A stretch of DNA of 43,248 nucleotides from Betaproteobacteria bacterium (GCA_031399805.1 JANNPG010000053.1:1-43248), one strand, 5' to 3'. Shown: positions 1-8,846, numbered from the stretch's first letter. The notes: a model not told the origin generated them from the sequence alone. Translations and numbers: made by a program.

Positions 1-890
1 CCACCCACCGGTTCAGCGCCCAGTTCCACCAGGCGTGCGTTCACATCCGGCAGCTTCAGGATGCGCGATGTTTCGCGCGAGAGCCGGTTGACGAGGTCTT
101 TGGGCGTATGCGCCGGCGCAAACAGGGCGAACCACGACCCCGAATCGTAGCCGGGCACGCCGGCCTCGACGATGGTTGGCACCTCCGGCACGGCCGGCGA
201 GCGCCGGGTCGGGCTTACAGCGAGCGCGCGTATCCTGCCTGCTTTCACCTGCGGCACATACACCGGCAGATTATCCATGGTCACCACGATCTGGCCGCCG
301 ATCAGATCCGCCAGCACGCCGGCGCTGCCTTTGTACGGGATGTGGAGCATCTGGATACCGGTCATCGACTTGAAAAGCTCCATCGACAAATGCGCGGTGC
401 TGCCATTGCCCGGCGAACCGTAATTGAGCTTGCCCTGATTCGCTTTGGCGTAGGCAATGAATTCCTTCAGGTCTTTCGCCGGCACCGTGTTGTTGACGAC
501 GAAAATATTGGGCACCATCGCGACCAGGCTCACCGGCGCGAAATCCTTGACCGCGTCGAAGCCGAGTTTGCGATAGAGGCTGGGATTGATGCCGTGCGTG
601 CCGGCGGTCCCCATCAAGAGCGTATAGCCGTCGGCGGTCGCTTTTGCCGCATATTCGGTGCCGATGTTGCCATTGGCACCGGGACGGTTGTCGATGATGA
701 CCGGCTGGCCCCAGGCTTCGCTCATCTTCTGGCCGATCATGCGCGCGAGAATGTCGGTCGTGCCGGCCGGCGTGTAGGCGACGACTATGCGTATTGGCTT
801 CTCCGGAAAACCGGCGGATTGTGCGCAGGCGAGCGCGCTCCATGCGACGAACACCGCGCCGCCCATCACTGCATGCATCACTGGATTCAT
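1..890 (-). CDS. Bug/TctC-family tripartite tricarboxylate transporter substrate-binding protein (3' end outside window)
   Basis: Not in the ORF track; translated by hand from ATG at 890: MNPVMHAVMGG...AGFPEKPIRIVVAYTPAGTTDILAR...IIDNRPGANGNIG...HIPYKGSAG...GAEPVG. These are typical Bug motifs. AAGGA RBS upstream; no stop before the window edge. Confidence 0.93.
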   Translation of the reverse strand, partial: MNPVMHAVMGGAVFVAWSALACAQSAGFPEKPIRIVVAYTPAGTTDILARMIGQKMSEAWGQPVIIDNRPGANGNIGTEYAAKATADGYTLLMGTAGTHGINPSLYRKLGFDAVKDFAPVSLVAMVPNIFVVNNTVPAKDLKEFIAYAKANQGKLNYGSPGNGSTAHLSMELFKSMTGIQMLHIPYKGSAGVLADLIGGQIVVTMDNLPVYVPQVKAGRIRALAVSPTRRSPAVPEVPTIVEAGVPGYDSGSWFALFAPAHTPKDLVNRLSRETSRILKLPDVNARLVELGAEPVG

Positions 891-912
891 GAACGTTTCC
901 TTTCCACTGCGG

Positions 913-1347
913 TTAACGCCGCGCCTCGATTAACTGCAGCGTTTTTTTCTTTGGATCGACGCGCACGATGTCGCCCGTGCGGATCCACGCGTAAGGATCG
1001 CGCGACCAGCCTTCGGTAATCGTGATGCCGGCGAACACCGCGCCCTGCACCATCACCGGATTGGTGACGCCGAACACAAAAGCCTTCGGCGCGATGCCTT
1101 TGTGCCGGATATCGTAAAACGCCCAGCCCGCGGCGATGCCGCCTTTGGCGCTGGGCGTGATTAATATTTTGTCCTTGAGGTTGTGCCCTTCGAGCGCGTG
1201 GCCCGGACGCGAAATGAGCCCGGTCCAGCGGTCGAGATCATAGCGCGGACTGAAACCTTCGCGCGAAACGAGCGCCTCGCCTTCGACGACGGCGCCGTAC
1301 GCGCGTTTGACCCTGAACACCGGCGCCTTGCCGCGCGTGCCGCTCAT
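913..1347 (-). CDS. Aconitase X swivel (small) subunit, DUF126-like
   Basis: C-terminal 144 aa of track ORF 913..2184: MSGTRGKAPVF...VEGEALVSREGFS...TGLI...GHALEGHNLKDKILITPSAKG...IRTGDIVRVD. The ATG at 1347 overlaps the upstream stop (ATGA). Confidence 0.85.
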   Translation of the reverse strand: MSGTRGKAPVFRVKRAYGAVVEGEALVSREGFSPRYDLDRWTGLISRPGHALEGHNLKDKILITPSAKGGIAAGWAFYDIRHKGIAPKAFVFGVTNPVMVQGAVFAGITITEGWSRDPYAWIRTGDIVRVDPKKKTLQLIEARR

Positions 1348-2585
1348 GCGTTTTCTCCGGTCAGCGCGATGCGCACGCAGTCGCCGGTGCGCCGCAACAG
1401 CGTGTTGAACTTGTGCGCACCGATGATGTTGGCGAGTTTGGCGGAGTTCGTGACGAGGTTGCTCCAGCCGTTTTGCACGCGGATGCGGCCGATGTTCTGC
1501 AGAATGTAAAAACACACGCCTTCGAGCACGATGCCGCCGGCCGCTTCTATTTTCTGCAGATACCCCAACTGGCGCGCGGCGCTTTTGACGCCATTGCTGG
1601 TGGTGACGAAGAGGTGGTTGCCGGGTTTTACCGTTTTGCCTGCGAGCAGGTCCGCGAGATTTTTCATTTCGAACAGCGACTGCTGCGGGCCCGAGAACAC
1701 CACGAGATTCAGTGGATTGTTTTTGGCGCTGTAGCCCGCGTACACGCGCTCGATATCGCGGTTGGTAATGGTCACGACCTCCGCGGGCTTCGCGCCATTG
1801 AATGCGGCTTTGAGCGTCGGCGCTTCCGGCGTCACGCCGACCATGTGGAACATGCCCATTGAGCCGTAGCTCGCAAGTGATGCGCCGAGATGCTTCAGTT
1901 GATCGGAGTCCGGCCGGCGCCTGACGCCATTGAATACCGGCACCGCGAAATAATCCTGGTGTGATTCGCCGACGAGTTTGCCGAGCGCGCCCCAGTCCGC
2001 GTAATCCCAGAGATCGGCTTTGACGTTGACCTGAAAAGTGCCCCGGCGGTGCGCGTCGAGATGAAAACCGTATTCCGCCACGCGGCCCGTGATACCCGCC
2101 GCGAGCGCGGCGGGACCGGCCTCGAAGTTGGAGCGCGCGCCAAATACCGAGTTGGCGTAGATCACGGTGCCGGTGTCGCCCCATGCGACGTGTTCGCCGT
2201 GGTGCGGCTGGTACAGCGTTTGGTAATTGATGCAGGTGTCCGCCGTGATCACGTCCATCTTGCGCAAGTACGCGATCAGCTGCTTTTCCTTTTTAGCCTC
2301 GTCGGGATCCTGCCCGAGTTTTGCGACATATCCGAAGTCGATGCAGCGCGCGTTGGTCGTGGTGGGTACCGCGCAACGCGCGCCAAGCCCCGTCATGCGC
2401 GCGAGAAATGCTTTGCCGCTGTCGCCCATTACTTCGATGTCGCCCATCATGTGCACGTTCGACACCGGCACCAGGCGTTGCGCGCCGAAGAACTTGCCGA
2501 CCTCGATTTGCAGCTCGAGCGCTTCTTTGACGGCAGCACCCCTGTCGCCGCGCAGCATCTTCCTTTCTTCCGGGGTGAACTGCAT
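1344..2585 (-). CDS. Aconitase X catalytic (large) subunit, DUF521-like, divergent
   Basis: MQFTPEERKMLRGDRG N-terminus; motifs PTTTN, TCINY, GEHVAW..IYANSVFGARSN, YGFHLDAHRRG, MFHMVGVTPEA and TNSAK. Start set at ATG 2585 because the longer track start lies within a terminator hairpin. Confidence 0.88.
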   Translation of the reverse strand: MQFTPEERKMLRGDRGAAVKEALELQIEVGKFFGAQRLVPVSNVHMMGDIEVMGDSGKAFLARMTGLGARCAVPTTTNARCIDFGYVAKLGQDPDEAKKEKQLIAYLRKMDVITADTCINYQTLYQPHHGEHVAWGDTGTVIYANSVFGARSNFEAGPAALAAGITGRVAEYGFHLDAHRRGTFQVNVKADLWDYADWGALGKLVGESHQDYFAVPVFNGVRRRPDSDQLKHLGASLASYGSMGMFHMVGVTPEAPTLKAAFNGAKPAEVVTITNRDIERVYAGYSAKNNPLNLVVFSGPQQSLFEMKNLADLLAGKTVKPGNHLFVTTSNGVKSAARQLGYLQKIEAAGGIVLEGVCFYILQNIGRIRVQNGWSNLVTNSAKLANIIGAHKFNTLLRRTGDCVRIALTGENA

Positions 2586-2617
2586 GACCGTCACTCGCTC
2601 AAATGCGTGAAGCGGAG

Positions 2618-2648
2618 AAAAAATTGCCCCGGAGGTCGTCCGGGGCAA
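2618..2648 (-). terminator. Intrinsic terminator downstream of tctA
   Basis: Perfect 10-bp stem TTGCCCCGGA/TCCGGGGCAA (2624-2633/2639-2648) with a 5-nt loop, followed by 6 T on the minus strand. Confidence 0.75.
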
Positions 2649-2675
2649 GTTGGGTGTTGCTGTGCGCGAAACCGC

Positions 2676-4190
2676 TCAGGCATCCGCTTCGGTAATCACC
2701 TCGGCGCGTTTCTTGCGGAACTGCGGCACAACGACCATCAGCAGCAGCGCAAAAGCCACAAGCAGCATGCCGAGGCTGATCGGGCGGGTGAAGAACACGC
2801 TGGGATCACCGCGCGAAATCAGCATCGCGCGCCGCAGGTTTTCTTCCATCAGCGGCCCCAACACGAACCCCAATATCAGCGGCGCCGGCTCGCAGCCCCA
2901 CTTCGAGCAATAGTAGCCGAAGAAACCGAACAGGGCGACGACGTACACGTCGAACGAGGCGTTATTCACCGAATACGCGCCGATGCAGCAGAAGAGACAG
3001 ATACCGGGGAACAGCATGCGATACGGGATTTTAAGGAACTGCACCCACATGCCGATCATCGGCAGATTCAGGATCACCAGCATCGCGTTGCCGACCCACA
3101 TCGAGGCGATCATGCCCCAGAACAAATCGGGTTTCTGCGTCATCACCTGCGGTCCGGGCGCGATGCCCTGGATCGTCATCGCGCCCACCATCAGCGCCAT
3201 CACAGCACCCGTCGGGATGCCTAACGTAAGCAGCGGGATGAAAGCGGTCTGCGCGGCGGCATTGTTGGCCGACTCGGGGCCGGCAACGCCTTCGATCGCG
3301 CCCTTGCCGAAGCGCGTCGGATCTCGCGCCAACTTCTTCTCCATCGTGTAGGAGGAGAACGCCGCGATCACGGTGTGCGCCCCCGGCAGGATGCCGAAAA
3401 TCACGCCGAGCGTGGTGCCCCGCAGGATGGGGCCCACCGCCATCTTCATGTCGTTTATGTTCGGCATCAGCCTGCCCACCTTGGACACCGCGGTGTGGCG
3501 ATCAATCGCGCTCTGCTCGAGATTGGTGATGATCTCGCCAAAGCCGAACATCCCCATCGCCACCGACACGAAGCCGATGCCGTCCGACAGCTCGGAGATG
3601 CCGAAGCTGTAGCGCGCGATGCCCGAGTTGACGTCGGTGCCGATTATCCCCATCAGCAGCCCGATGAAGATCATGCCGATCGCTTTGATCAGCGAGCCGC
3701 TCGCCAGCACCACCGCCGAAATCAAACCAAGCGTCATCATCGAGAAGTATTCGGCGGCGCCGAACTCAAATGCGAGCTCCGCGAGCGGCGGGCCGAACAG
3801 CGCGATGAGCAGCGTACCGACGGTACCGGCGAAGAACGACCCGACCGCTGCGATCGCCAATGCGGGGCCAGCGCGGCCCTGACGGCCCATCTGGTAGCCG
3901 TCCAGCATGGTCACCACCGAGGAGGACTCGCCGGGGAGGTTGACCAGAATCGCGGTAGTCGAGCCGCCGTAGCTCGCGCCGTAGTAGATGCCGGCGAGCA
4001 TGATCAGCGCCGGCGTCGGCGGCAGGTTAAAAGTGATCGGCAGCAGCATCGCAATGGTCGCGACCGGGCCGATGCCCGGTAACACGCCGATCAGCGTGCC
4101 GAGAAAGCAGCCGATGAAGCAATACATCAGATTCTGCAGGCTTAGCGCGACGGTGAAGCCGAGGGTAAGGTGTTGTATGAGTTCTGTCAT
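2676..4190 (-). CDS. tctA: Tripartite tricarboxylate transporter large membrane subunit TctA
   Basis: 504 aa, hydrophobic; GTLIGVLPGIG, YYGASYGGSTTAILVNLPG, GVAGPESANNA, IPLLTLGIP. Confidence 0.96.
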   Translation of the reverse strand: MTELIQHLTLGFTVALSLQNLMYCFIGCFLGTLIGVLPGIGPVATIAMLLPITFNLPPTPALIMLAGIYYGASYGGSTTAILVNLPGESSSVVTMLDGYQMGRQGRAGPALAIAAVGSFFAGTVGTLLIALFGPPLAELAFEFGAAEYFSMMTLGLISAVVLASGSLIKAIGMIFIGLLMGIIGTDVNSGIARYSFGISELSDGIGFVSVAMGMFGFGEIITNLEQSAIDRHTAVSKVGRLMPNINDMKMAVGPILRGTTLGVIFGILPGAHTVIAAFSSYTMEKKLARDPTRFGKGAIEGVAGPESANNAAAQTAFIPLLTLGIPTGAVMALMVGAMTIQGIAPGPQVMTQKPDLFWGMIASMWVGNAMLVILNLPMIGMWVQFLKIPYRMLFPGICLFCCIGAYSVNNASFDVYVVALFGFFGYYCSKWGCEPAPLILGFVLGPLMEENLRRAMLISRGDPSVFFTRPISLGMLLVAFALLLMVVVPQFRKKRAEVITEADA

Positions 4191-4219
4191 AGTGCGCTCC
4201 GTAGTCTCCTGTCAGTTGC

Positions 4220-4672
4220 TCACGACCACGGAAATAGCTTGAACGGCAAGCCCAGCCCGTAGTAGAAAATGCTCACGTTTACTGCGGTCATGGCGACCGA
4301 GTTGATGAGCTGTTCCTTCCACCTGAAATCCCAGCCGCCAAGCGAGGCGATGAACATCAGTGCGAAGCTCGCAATGACCAGTCCCGCCGTATTAAGCAGG
4401 AAACCGAATAAGACCACGGCGCCCAGAACGAACGCCAGCGGCCGGTAATTGGTCTTGCGCGGGGCTTCGCCATGCAGGAAAAAGGAACGCACGAACAGGA
4501 CCAGACCCAGCGTGGCCAGAATCCAGCCCAGAACAGTCGGGAAATAAGCGGGGCCCATGCGCACTGCGGACCCCATCGGGTAGTTGCCCGCCCACAACGC
4601 GAAAAACGCCCCGAGCGTGATGTACATGACTCCAGCCGCGAAGTCCTTCTTATCGGTAATTTGTAACGCCAT
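4220..4672 (-). CDS. tctB: Tripartite tricarboxylate transporter small membrane subunit TctB
   Basis: 150 aa membrane protein with MGSAVRMGPAYFP and a GLGLPF end; GGAGG RBS; directly upstream of tctA. Confidence 0.9.
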   Translation of the reverse strand: MALQITDKKDFAAGVMYITLGAFFALWAGNYPMGSAVRMGPAYFPTVLGWILATLGLVLFVRSFFLHGEAPRKTNYRPLAFVLGAVVLFGFLLNTAGLVIASFALMFIASLGGWDFRWKEQLINSVAMTAVNVSIFYYGLGLPFKLFPWS

Positions 4673-4820
4673 GTGCCTCCTCCAAACTGATCAACAATCA
4701 TTCTTCTCGCCGCGGCGCCGGTTAGGGTTGAGCGGCTTTCTATTGGCGCATGATAGCTGGTTTCCTGGCGGCTAGCCATACCCGCACTGCGTTGTTGCAG
4801 GCAGTAGCGGTAAGCGCTAA

Positions 4821-5852
4821 TTACGCCGTCAGCGCCTCTTTCTCCATTTCCGGCTGATAGCGGCCAAAAGTAGCGGCACTATTGCATTTCGAACGGTGAT
4901 AAAGCGCTTTTTGCGCTGCCGGCACGCTGCCCGCCTGCCCTTTCCAGGCTTTCAGCGCCGGCGCCTGCAGCGCCCGGCCATAAGAAAACGACAGCGGCCA
5001 CGGCAGTGTCGTCCCCCGCGCGTTCATCGCATTAAGGTGCGCGGTTGCGAGCTCGTCGCTTTGCCCGCCGGACAGAAACACGATTCCGGGCACTGCCGCC
5101 GGCACCGTGCGTTTCAGGCATTGCAGCGTTGCCTCGGCAACCTGTTGCACGCCGGCCTGCTGGGCGCAGTCCTTGCCGGAGATGACCATGCTCGCCTTCA
5201 ACACGAGGTGCTCGCAGCGCACGCGCTGCCGGTATAGCTCATTGAACATCGCATGCAGCGTAATTTCGGTGGCGTCAAAACAACGCTCGAGCGTGTGATT
5301 GCCGTCCATTAACACTTCCGGCTCGACAATCGGCACAATGCCGGCTTCCTGGCACAACGCCGCGTAACGCGCGAGCGCATGCACGTTGGCGTCGATGCAA
5401 TACTCGCTCGGTATGTCTTTGCCGATCGTGATCACCGCGCGCCACTTGGCGAAGGTGGCGCCGAGTTTCTTGTATTCGGCGAGGCGCTCGCGCAGCCCGT
5501 CGAGACCTTCGGTCACTTGTTCGCCCGCGCCGCCCGCCAGCGCCTTGGCGCCGGTATCGACTTTGATACCCGCGAGTATGCCGGTTTTCTTCAGCGCCGC
5601 GGGAAACGGCATGCCCGCCGCGGTCGCCTGTTTGATCGTCTCGTCGTACAGAATCATGCCGCTGATGAACTGCGAGAGGCCGTCGGCCGTGATCAGCAGA
5701 TCGCGGTAGGCGCGACGGTTTTCCACATTCGATTCAACGCCGATCTGGTCAAAGCGCTTCTTGATGGTGCCGCCCGACTCGTCGATCGCCAATATGCCCT
5801 TGCCCGGCGCAACCATGGCCGCCGCAGTTGCTGCGAGTTCGCGTTCAAACAT
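4821..5852 (-). CDS. Fructose-bisphosphate aldolase, class I (glycolytic/eukaryote-like family)
   Basis: GKGILAIDES, GIKVDTG, FAKWRAV, VPIVEPEVLMDG, Schiff-base LKASMV, FLSGGQS, SFSYGRALQ; GGAGGAG RBS. Confidence 0.95.
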   Translation of the reverse strand: MFERELAATAAAMVAPGKGILAIDESGGTIKKRFDQIGVESNVENRRAYRDLLITADGLSQFISGMILYDETIKQATAAGMPFPAALKKTGILAGIKVDTGAKALAGGAGEQVTEGLDGLRERLAEYKKLGATFAKWRAVITIGKDIPSEYCIDANVHALARYAALCQEAGIVPIVEPEVLMDGNHTLERCFDATEITLHAMFNELYRQRVRCEHLVLKASMVISGKDCAQQAGVQQVAEATLQCLKRTVPAAVPGIVFLSGGQSDELATAHLNAMNARGTTLPWPLSFSYGRALQAPALKAWKGQAGSVPAAQKALYHRSKCNSAATFGRYQPEMEKEALTA

Positions 5853-5999
5853 TGACTGACTCCTCCAGCCGGATATCGCTGGCTGTGAAAATTAATCGGC
5901 ATTGCTCAAAGGGTCATTATTTTACCCTCAGAAAACGCCGTTTGACTATGCTGAAATCCAATTAGCGGGCCTGGCACGCGGCGGAGTCTAGCTGCGCTT

Positions 6000-6174
6000 G
6001 CTTACGCCCAACTTACGCGACGGCTAAAACAGGCCTATGTCCGTACCCCGGGGAATTGCGGCTACGCCCAAAGCCCCAATCCAGCACACGTCAGGCATGT
6101 CGATGCTCGCGCCGCAGGGGATTTTGGCTGCGCCGAAATCCCCAAAGCAAACCGTCACGCATGCCTATGTTCGC
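6000..6174. repeat. Degenerate ~65-bp tandem repeat (2 clear copies + 1 decayed) containing the pyk 3' end and a GGGG...CCCC hairpin
   Basis: 6117-6174 ggggattttggctgcgccgaaatccccaaagcaaaccgtcacgcatgcctatgttcgc aligns with 6050-6110 ggggaattgcggctacgcccaaagccccaatccagcacacgtcaggcatgtcgatgctcgc. 6000-6042 keeps tacgcccaa and gcctatgt. Confidence 0.7.
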
Positions 6175-7582
6175 CGACTTTGACGATTTTCATCGTATTG
6201 GTGCCGCCGGCCTTGCCGAACGGCTCGCCGATCGTAAGTACGATGTAATCGCCCGGATTGACGGCGCCGCGCTTGAGCAATTCATCCTCCGCCATAGTCA
6301 ACGCGCGTTCCGGATTGCGCGCGCCCTTGAATTTGACCGGATAGACGCCGCGGAACAGCGTCACCCGCCGGCGCGTTTCGATTACCGACGAAAGCGCGTA
6401 CAACGGCACGCTCGAACTCATGCGCGACATCAACAAAGCCGTCTTGCCGCTTTGGGTCAGTGCGGCGACCGCCTTGATGTTAAGGCTGTTCGCCGTGAAT
6501 ATCGTGGCGCGCGCAATCGCCTCCTCGACACTCGCCGGCGCTTCGCCGCGGCGGCGGTCGGCGATGAACGCGTCTTCTTTTTCCGCCTCGAGACACACGC
6601 GCGCCATGGCCGCGACGGTCTCGACCGGAAATTTTCCGGTGGCGGTTTCCGCCGACAACATTACCGCGTCGGTGCCGTCGAGCACCGCGTTGGCGACATC
6701 CGAAACTTCCGCGCGCGTCGGAATCGGGTTGCTGATCATCGACTCCATCATCTGCGTCGCGGTGATCACCACCTTGTTGCGCTCGCGCGCCATGCGGATC
6801 ATGCGTTTTTGCAGCGCGGGCACCACTGCATCGCCGACCTCGATCGCGAGGTCGCCGCGCGCAACCATGATCGAATCCGACGCATCGACGATCTCGGCCA
6901 GCGCGGGGATGGCTTCCGCGCGTTCAATCTTGGCGCAGATCATGGCCTTGCCGCCAGCCTTCAGCATCAGGTCGCGCGCCCATTGGATATCGGCCCCCGA
7001 GCGCGGGAACGACACCGCAAGAAAGTCCGCTTTCAGCTGGGCCGCGGTCTTGATGTCCTGCATGTCCTTATCGGTCAGGGCGGGCGCGGTCAGCCCGCCG
7101 CCTTTGCGGTTAATCCCCTTATTGTTGGATAGCGTGCCGCCCTGTTCCACCAGGCAGTAAATGCGCGCGCCCTTGACCGCAGTCACCGCGAGCACGATAC
7201 GGCCATCGTCGAGCAGGAGCGTGTCGCCCATGGAGACGTCCCGCGGCAGGTTCTTGTAATCAAGGCCGACGCGGCTGGCGTCACCCATTTTGCACTCGGC
7301 ATCGAGCACGAACTTGTCGCCCGTATTAAGAGAAATATGGTCGTGTTCGAAGCGCCCGATGCGGATTTTCGGCCCCTGCAGGTCAACCAGCACGCCGACC
7401 GAGCGTCCGGCTTTGCGTGCAAGCGAGCGCACGAGCTCGACGCGTTGCGCGTGTTCTTTGGCCGTACCGTGCGAAAAATTCATGCGCACGACGTCCAGCC
7501 CCGCCTCGATCATGCGCGCGAGCGTTTTCGTGTCGCTCGAAGCGGGACCGAGCGTGGCGACGATTTTGGTGCGCCGTGGCAT
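6155..7582 (-). CDS. pyk: Pyruvate kinase
   Basis: RRTKIVATLGPAS, RMNFSHG, DLQGPKIR, IMVARGDL, TATQMMESM, PTRAEVSDVANAVLDGTDAVMLS. Confidence 0.98.
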   Translation of the reverse strand: MPRRTKIVATLGPASSDTKTLARMIEAGLDVVRMNFSHGTAKEHAQRVELVRSLARKAGRSVGVLVDLQGPKIRIGRFEHDHISLNTGDKFVLDAECKMGDASRVGLDYKNLPRDVSMGDTLLLDDGRIVLAVTAVKGARIYCLVEQGGTLSNNKGINRKGGGLTAPALTDKDMQDIKTAAQLKADFLAVSFPRSGADIQWARDLMLKAGGKAMICAKIERAEAIPALAEIVDASDSIMVARGDLAIEVGDAVVPALQKRMIRMARERNKVVITATQMMESMISNPIPTRAEVSDVANAVLDGTDAVMLSAETATGKFPVETVAAMARVCLEAEKEDAFIADRRRGEAPASVEEAIARATIFTANSLNIKAVAALTQSGKTALLMSRMSSSVPLYALSSVIETRRRVTLFRGVYPVKFKGARNPERALTMAEDELLKRGAVNPGDYIVLTIGEPFGKAGGTNTMKIVKVGEHRHA

Positions 7583-7588
7583 AAGATC

Positions 7589-7670
7589 AGGATTAAGCTA
7601 TCAGGATTGAGGATTGGGTAAGAGCGTAACCGGAATCGCTTCAATGCTCAATCCTCTCGCCTCAATCCTG
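7589..7670. repeat. Heptamer-based (AGGATTG/CAATCCT) inverted repeat between pgk and pyk
   Basis: AGGATT(A/G) at 7589, 7603 and 7610; CAAT(G/C)CT at 7642, 7649 and 7663, in 7-bp register. Perfect 11-bp IR CAGGATTGAGG (7602-7612) / CCTCAATCCTG (7660-7670). Confidence 0.65.
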
Positions 7671-8846
7671 GCCAGCACGCTGCTCGAGGATCTCCACCGC
7701 GGGCAGCTTCTTGCCTTCGAGAAACTCGAGAAATGCGCCGCCACCGGTCGACAGGTATGAAACCTTGTCGGCAATGCCGTACTTGGCAATGGCCGCAAGC
7801 GTATCGCCGCCGCCGGCAATCGAATACGCGTTCGACTCGGCGATGGCGCGTGCGATGCGCGCGGTGCCCGCGCCAAACTGATCGAATTCGAACACGCCGA
7901 CAGGCCCGTTCCAGATAATGGTGCCGGCCCGCGCGATGAGCCCCGCCAGCAGCTCGGCGGTCTGCGGGCCGATGTCCAGGATCATGTCATCGGCGCCAAC
8001 CTGGTCGGCCGCCACCCGATTGGCGCGCGCGCGCACCGAAAGCTCGGCGGCTACAACGACGTCCACCGGCAGCGGAACTTGAGCGCCGCGCGCTTTCATC
8101 AGATCGATAATCGCATGCGCTTCGCCGATCAGGCCCGGCTCTGCGAGCGACTTGCCGATGCCTAGGCCTGCGGCAAGCATGAATGTATTGGCGATACCGC
8201 CGCCCACGATCAGCTGGTCGATTTTTCCCGCCAGCGACTTCAGGATGGTCAGCTTGGTCGAGACCTTAGCCCCGGCAACTATTGCAATCATCGGTCGCGC
8301 CGGATCGCGCAGCGCCTTGCCGAGCGCGTCCAGTTCGGCCGCCATCAGCGGTCCGGCGCAGGCGCTGGGCGCGTATTTGGCGATGCCGTGCGTGGTCGCC
8401 TCGGCGCGGTGCGCGGTGCCGAACGCGTCATTGACGTAAACATCGCATAGCGCCGCCATTTTCTTCGCCAACGCGGCGTCGTTTTTCTTTTCCCCATTAT
8501 TGAAACGGCAGTTCTCAAGCATCACCACTGCCCCGGGTTTGACGTCGACGCCATCGACCCAGTCACGCTTCAGCGCTACCGGCACGCCAAGAATTTCGCT
8601 CAACCGTTGCGCGATCGGGCCGAGCGAGTCGGCGGGATTGAATTCACCTTCGGTCGGACGTCTAAGATGTGAAGTGACCATCACCGCCGCGGCGGCTTTC
8701 ATTGCGTACTGGATTGCCGGCACCGAAGCGCGGATGCGCGTGTCGTCGGTAATATTACCCGCGTCATCCTGCGGCACGTTGAGATCGGCACGGATGAACA
8801 CTCGCTTGCCGGCGAGGTTCAGGTCGGTCATTTTGAGAACGGACAT
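7662..8846 (-). CDS. pgk: Phosphoglycerate kinase
   Basis: [56 protein letters not shown]. Confidence 0.98.
   Translation of the reverse strand: MSVLKMTDLNLAGKRVFIRADLNVPQDDAGNITDDTRIRASVPAIQYAMKAAAAVMVTSHLRRPTEGEFNPADSLGPIAQRLSEILGVPVALKRDWVDGVDVKPGAVVMLENCRFNNGEKKNDAALAKKMAALCDVYVNDAFGTAHRAEATTHGIAKYAPSACAGPLMAAELDALGKALRDPARPMIAIVAGAKVSTKLTILKSLAGKIDQLIVGGGIANTFMLAAGLGIGKSLAEPGLIGEAHAIIDLMKARGAQVPLPVDVVVAAELSVRARANRVAADQVGADDMILDIGPQTAELLAGLIARAGTIIWNGPVGVFEFDQFGAGTARIARAIAESNAYSIAGGGDTLAAIAKYGIADKVSYLSTGGGAFLEFLEGKKLPAVEILEQRAGQD

Noticed and set aside
108-1019. 303-aa plus-strand ORF, and similar long antisense ORFs (2049..3224, 6056..7132, 14711..15649, 41108..42232)
   Set aside because: Shadow ORFs opposite well-supported genes in GC-rich DNA; no recognisable motifs.
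1348-2184. N-terminal 279 aa of track ORF 913..2184, suggesting a fused or frameshifted AcnX
   Set aside because: It is an alternative frame of the catalytic subunit. The real swivel gene starts at the ATGA overlap at 1347.
4782-4810. Imperfect hairpin after the aldolase
   Set aside because: Bulged stem and no U-tract; not supportable as a terminator.
6000-6174. Possible mini-CRISPR
   Set aside because: The units are degenerate along their whole length, with no unique spacers and no cas genes.
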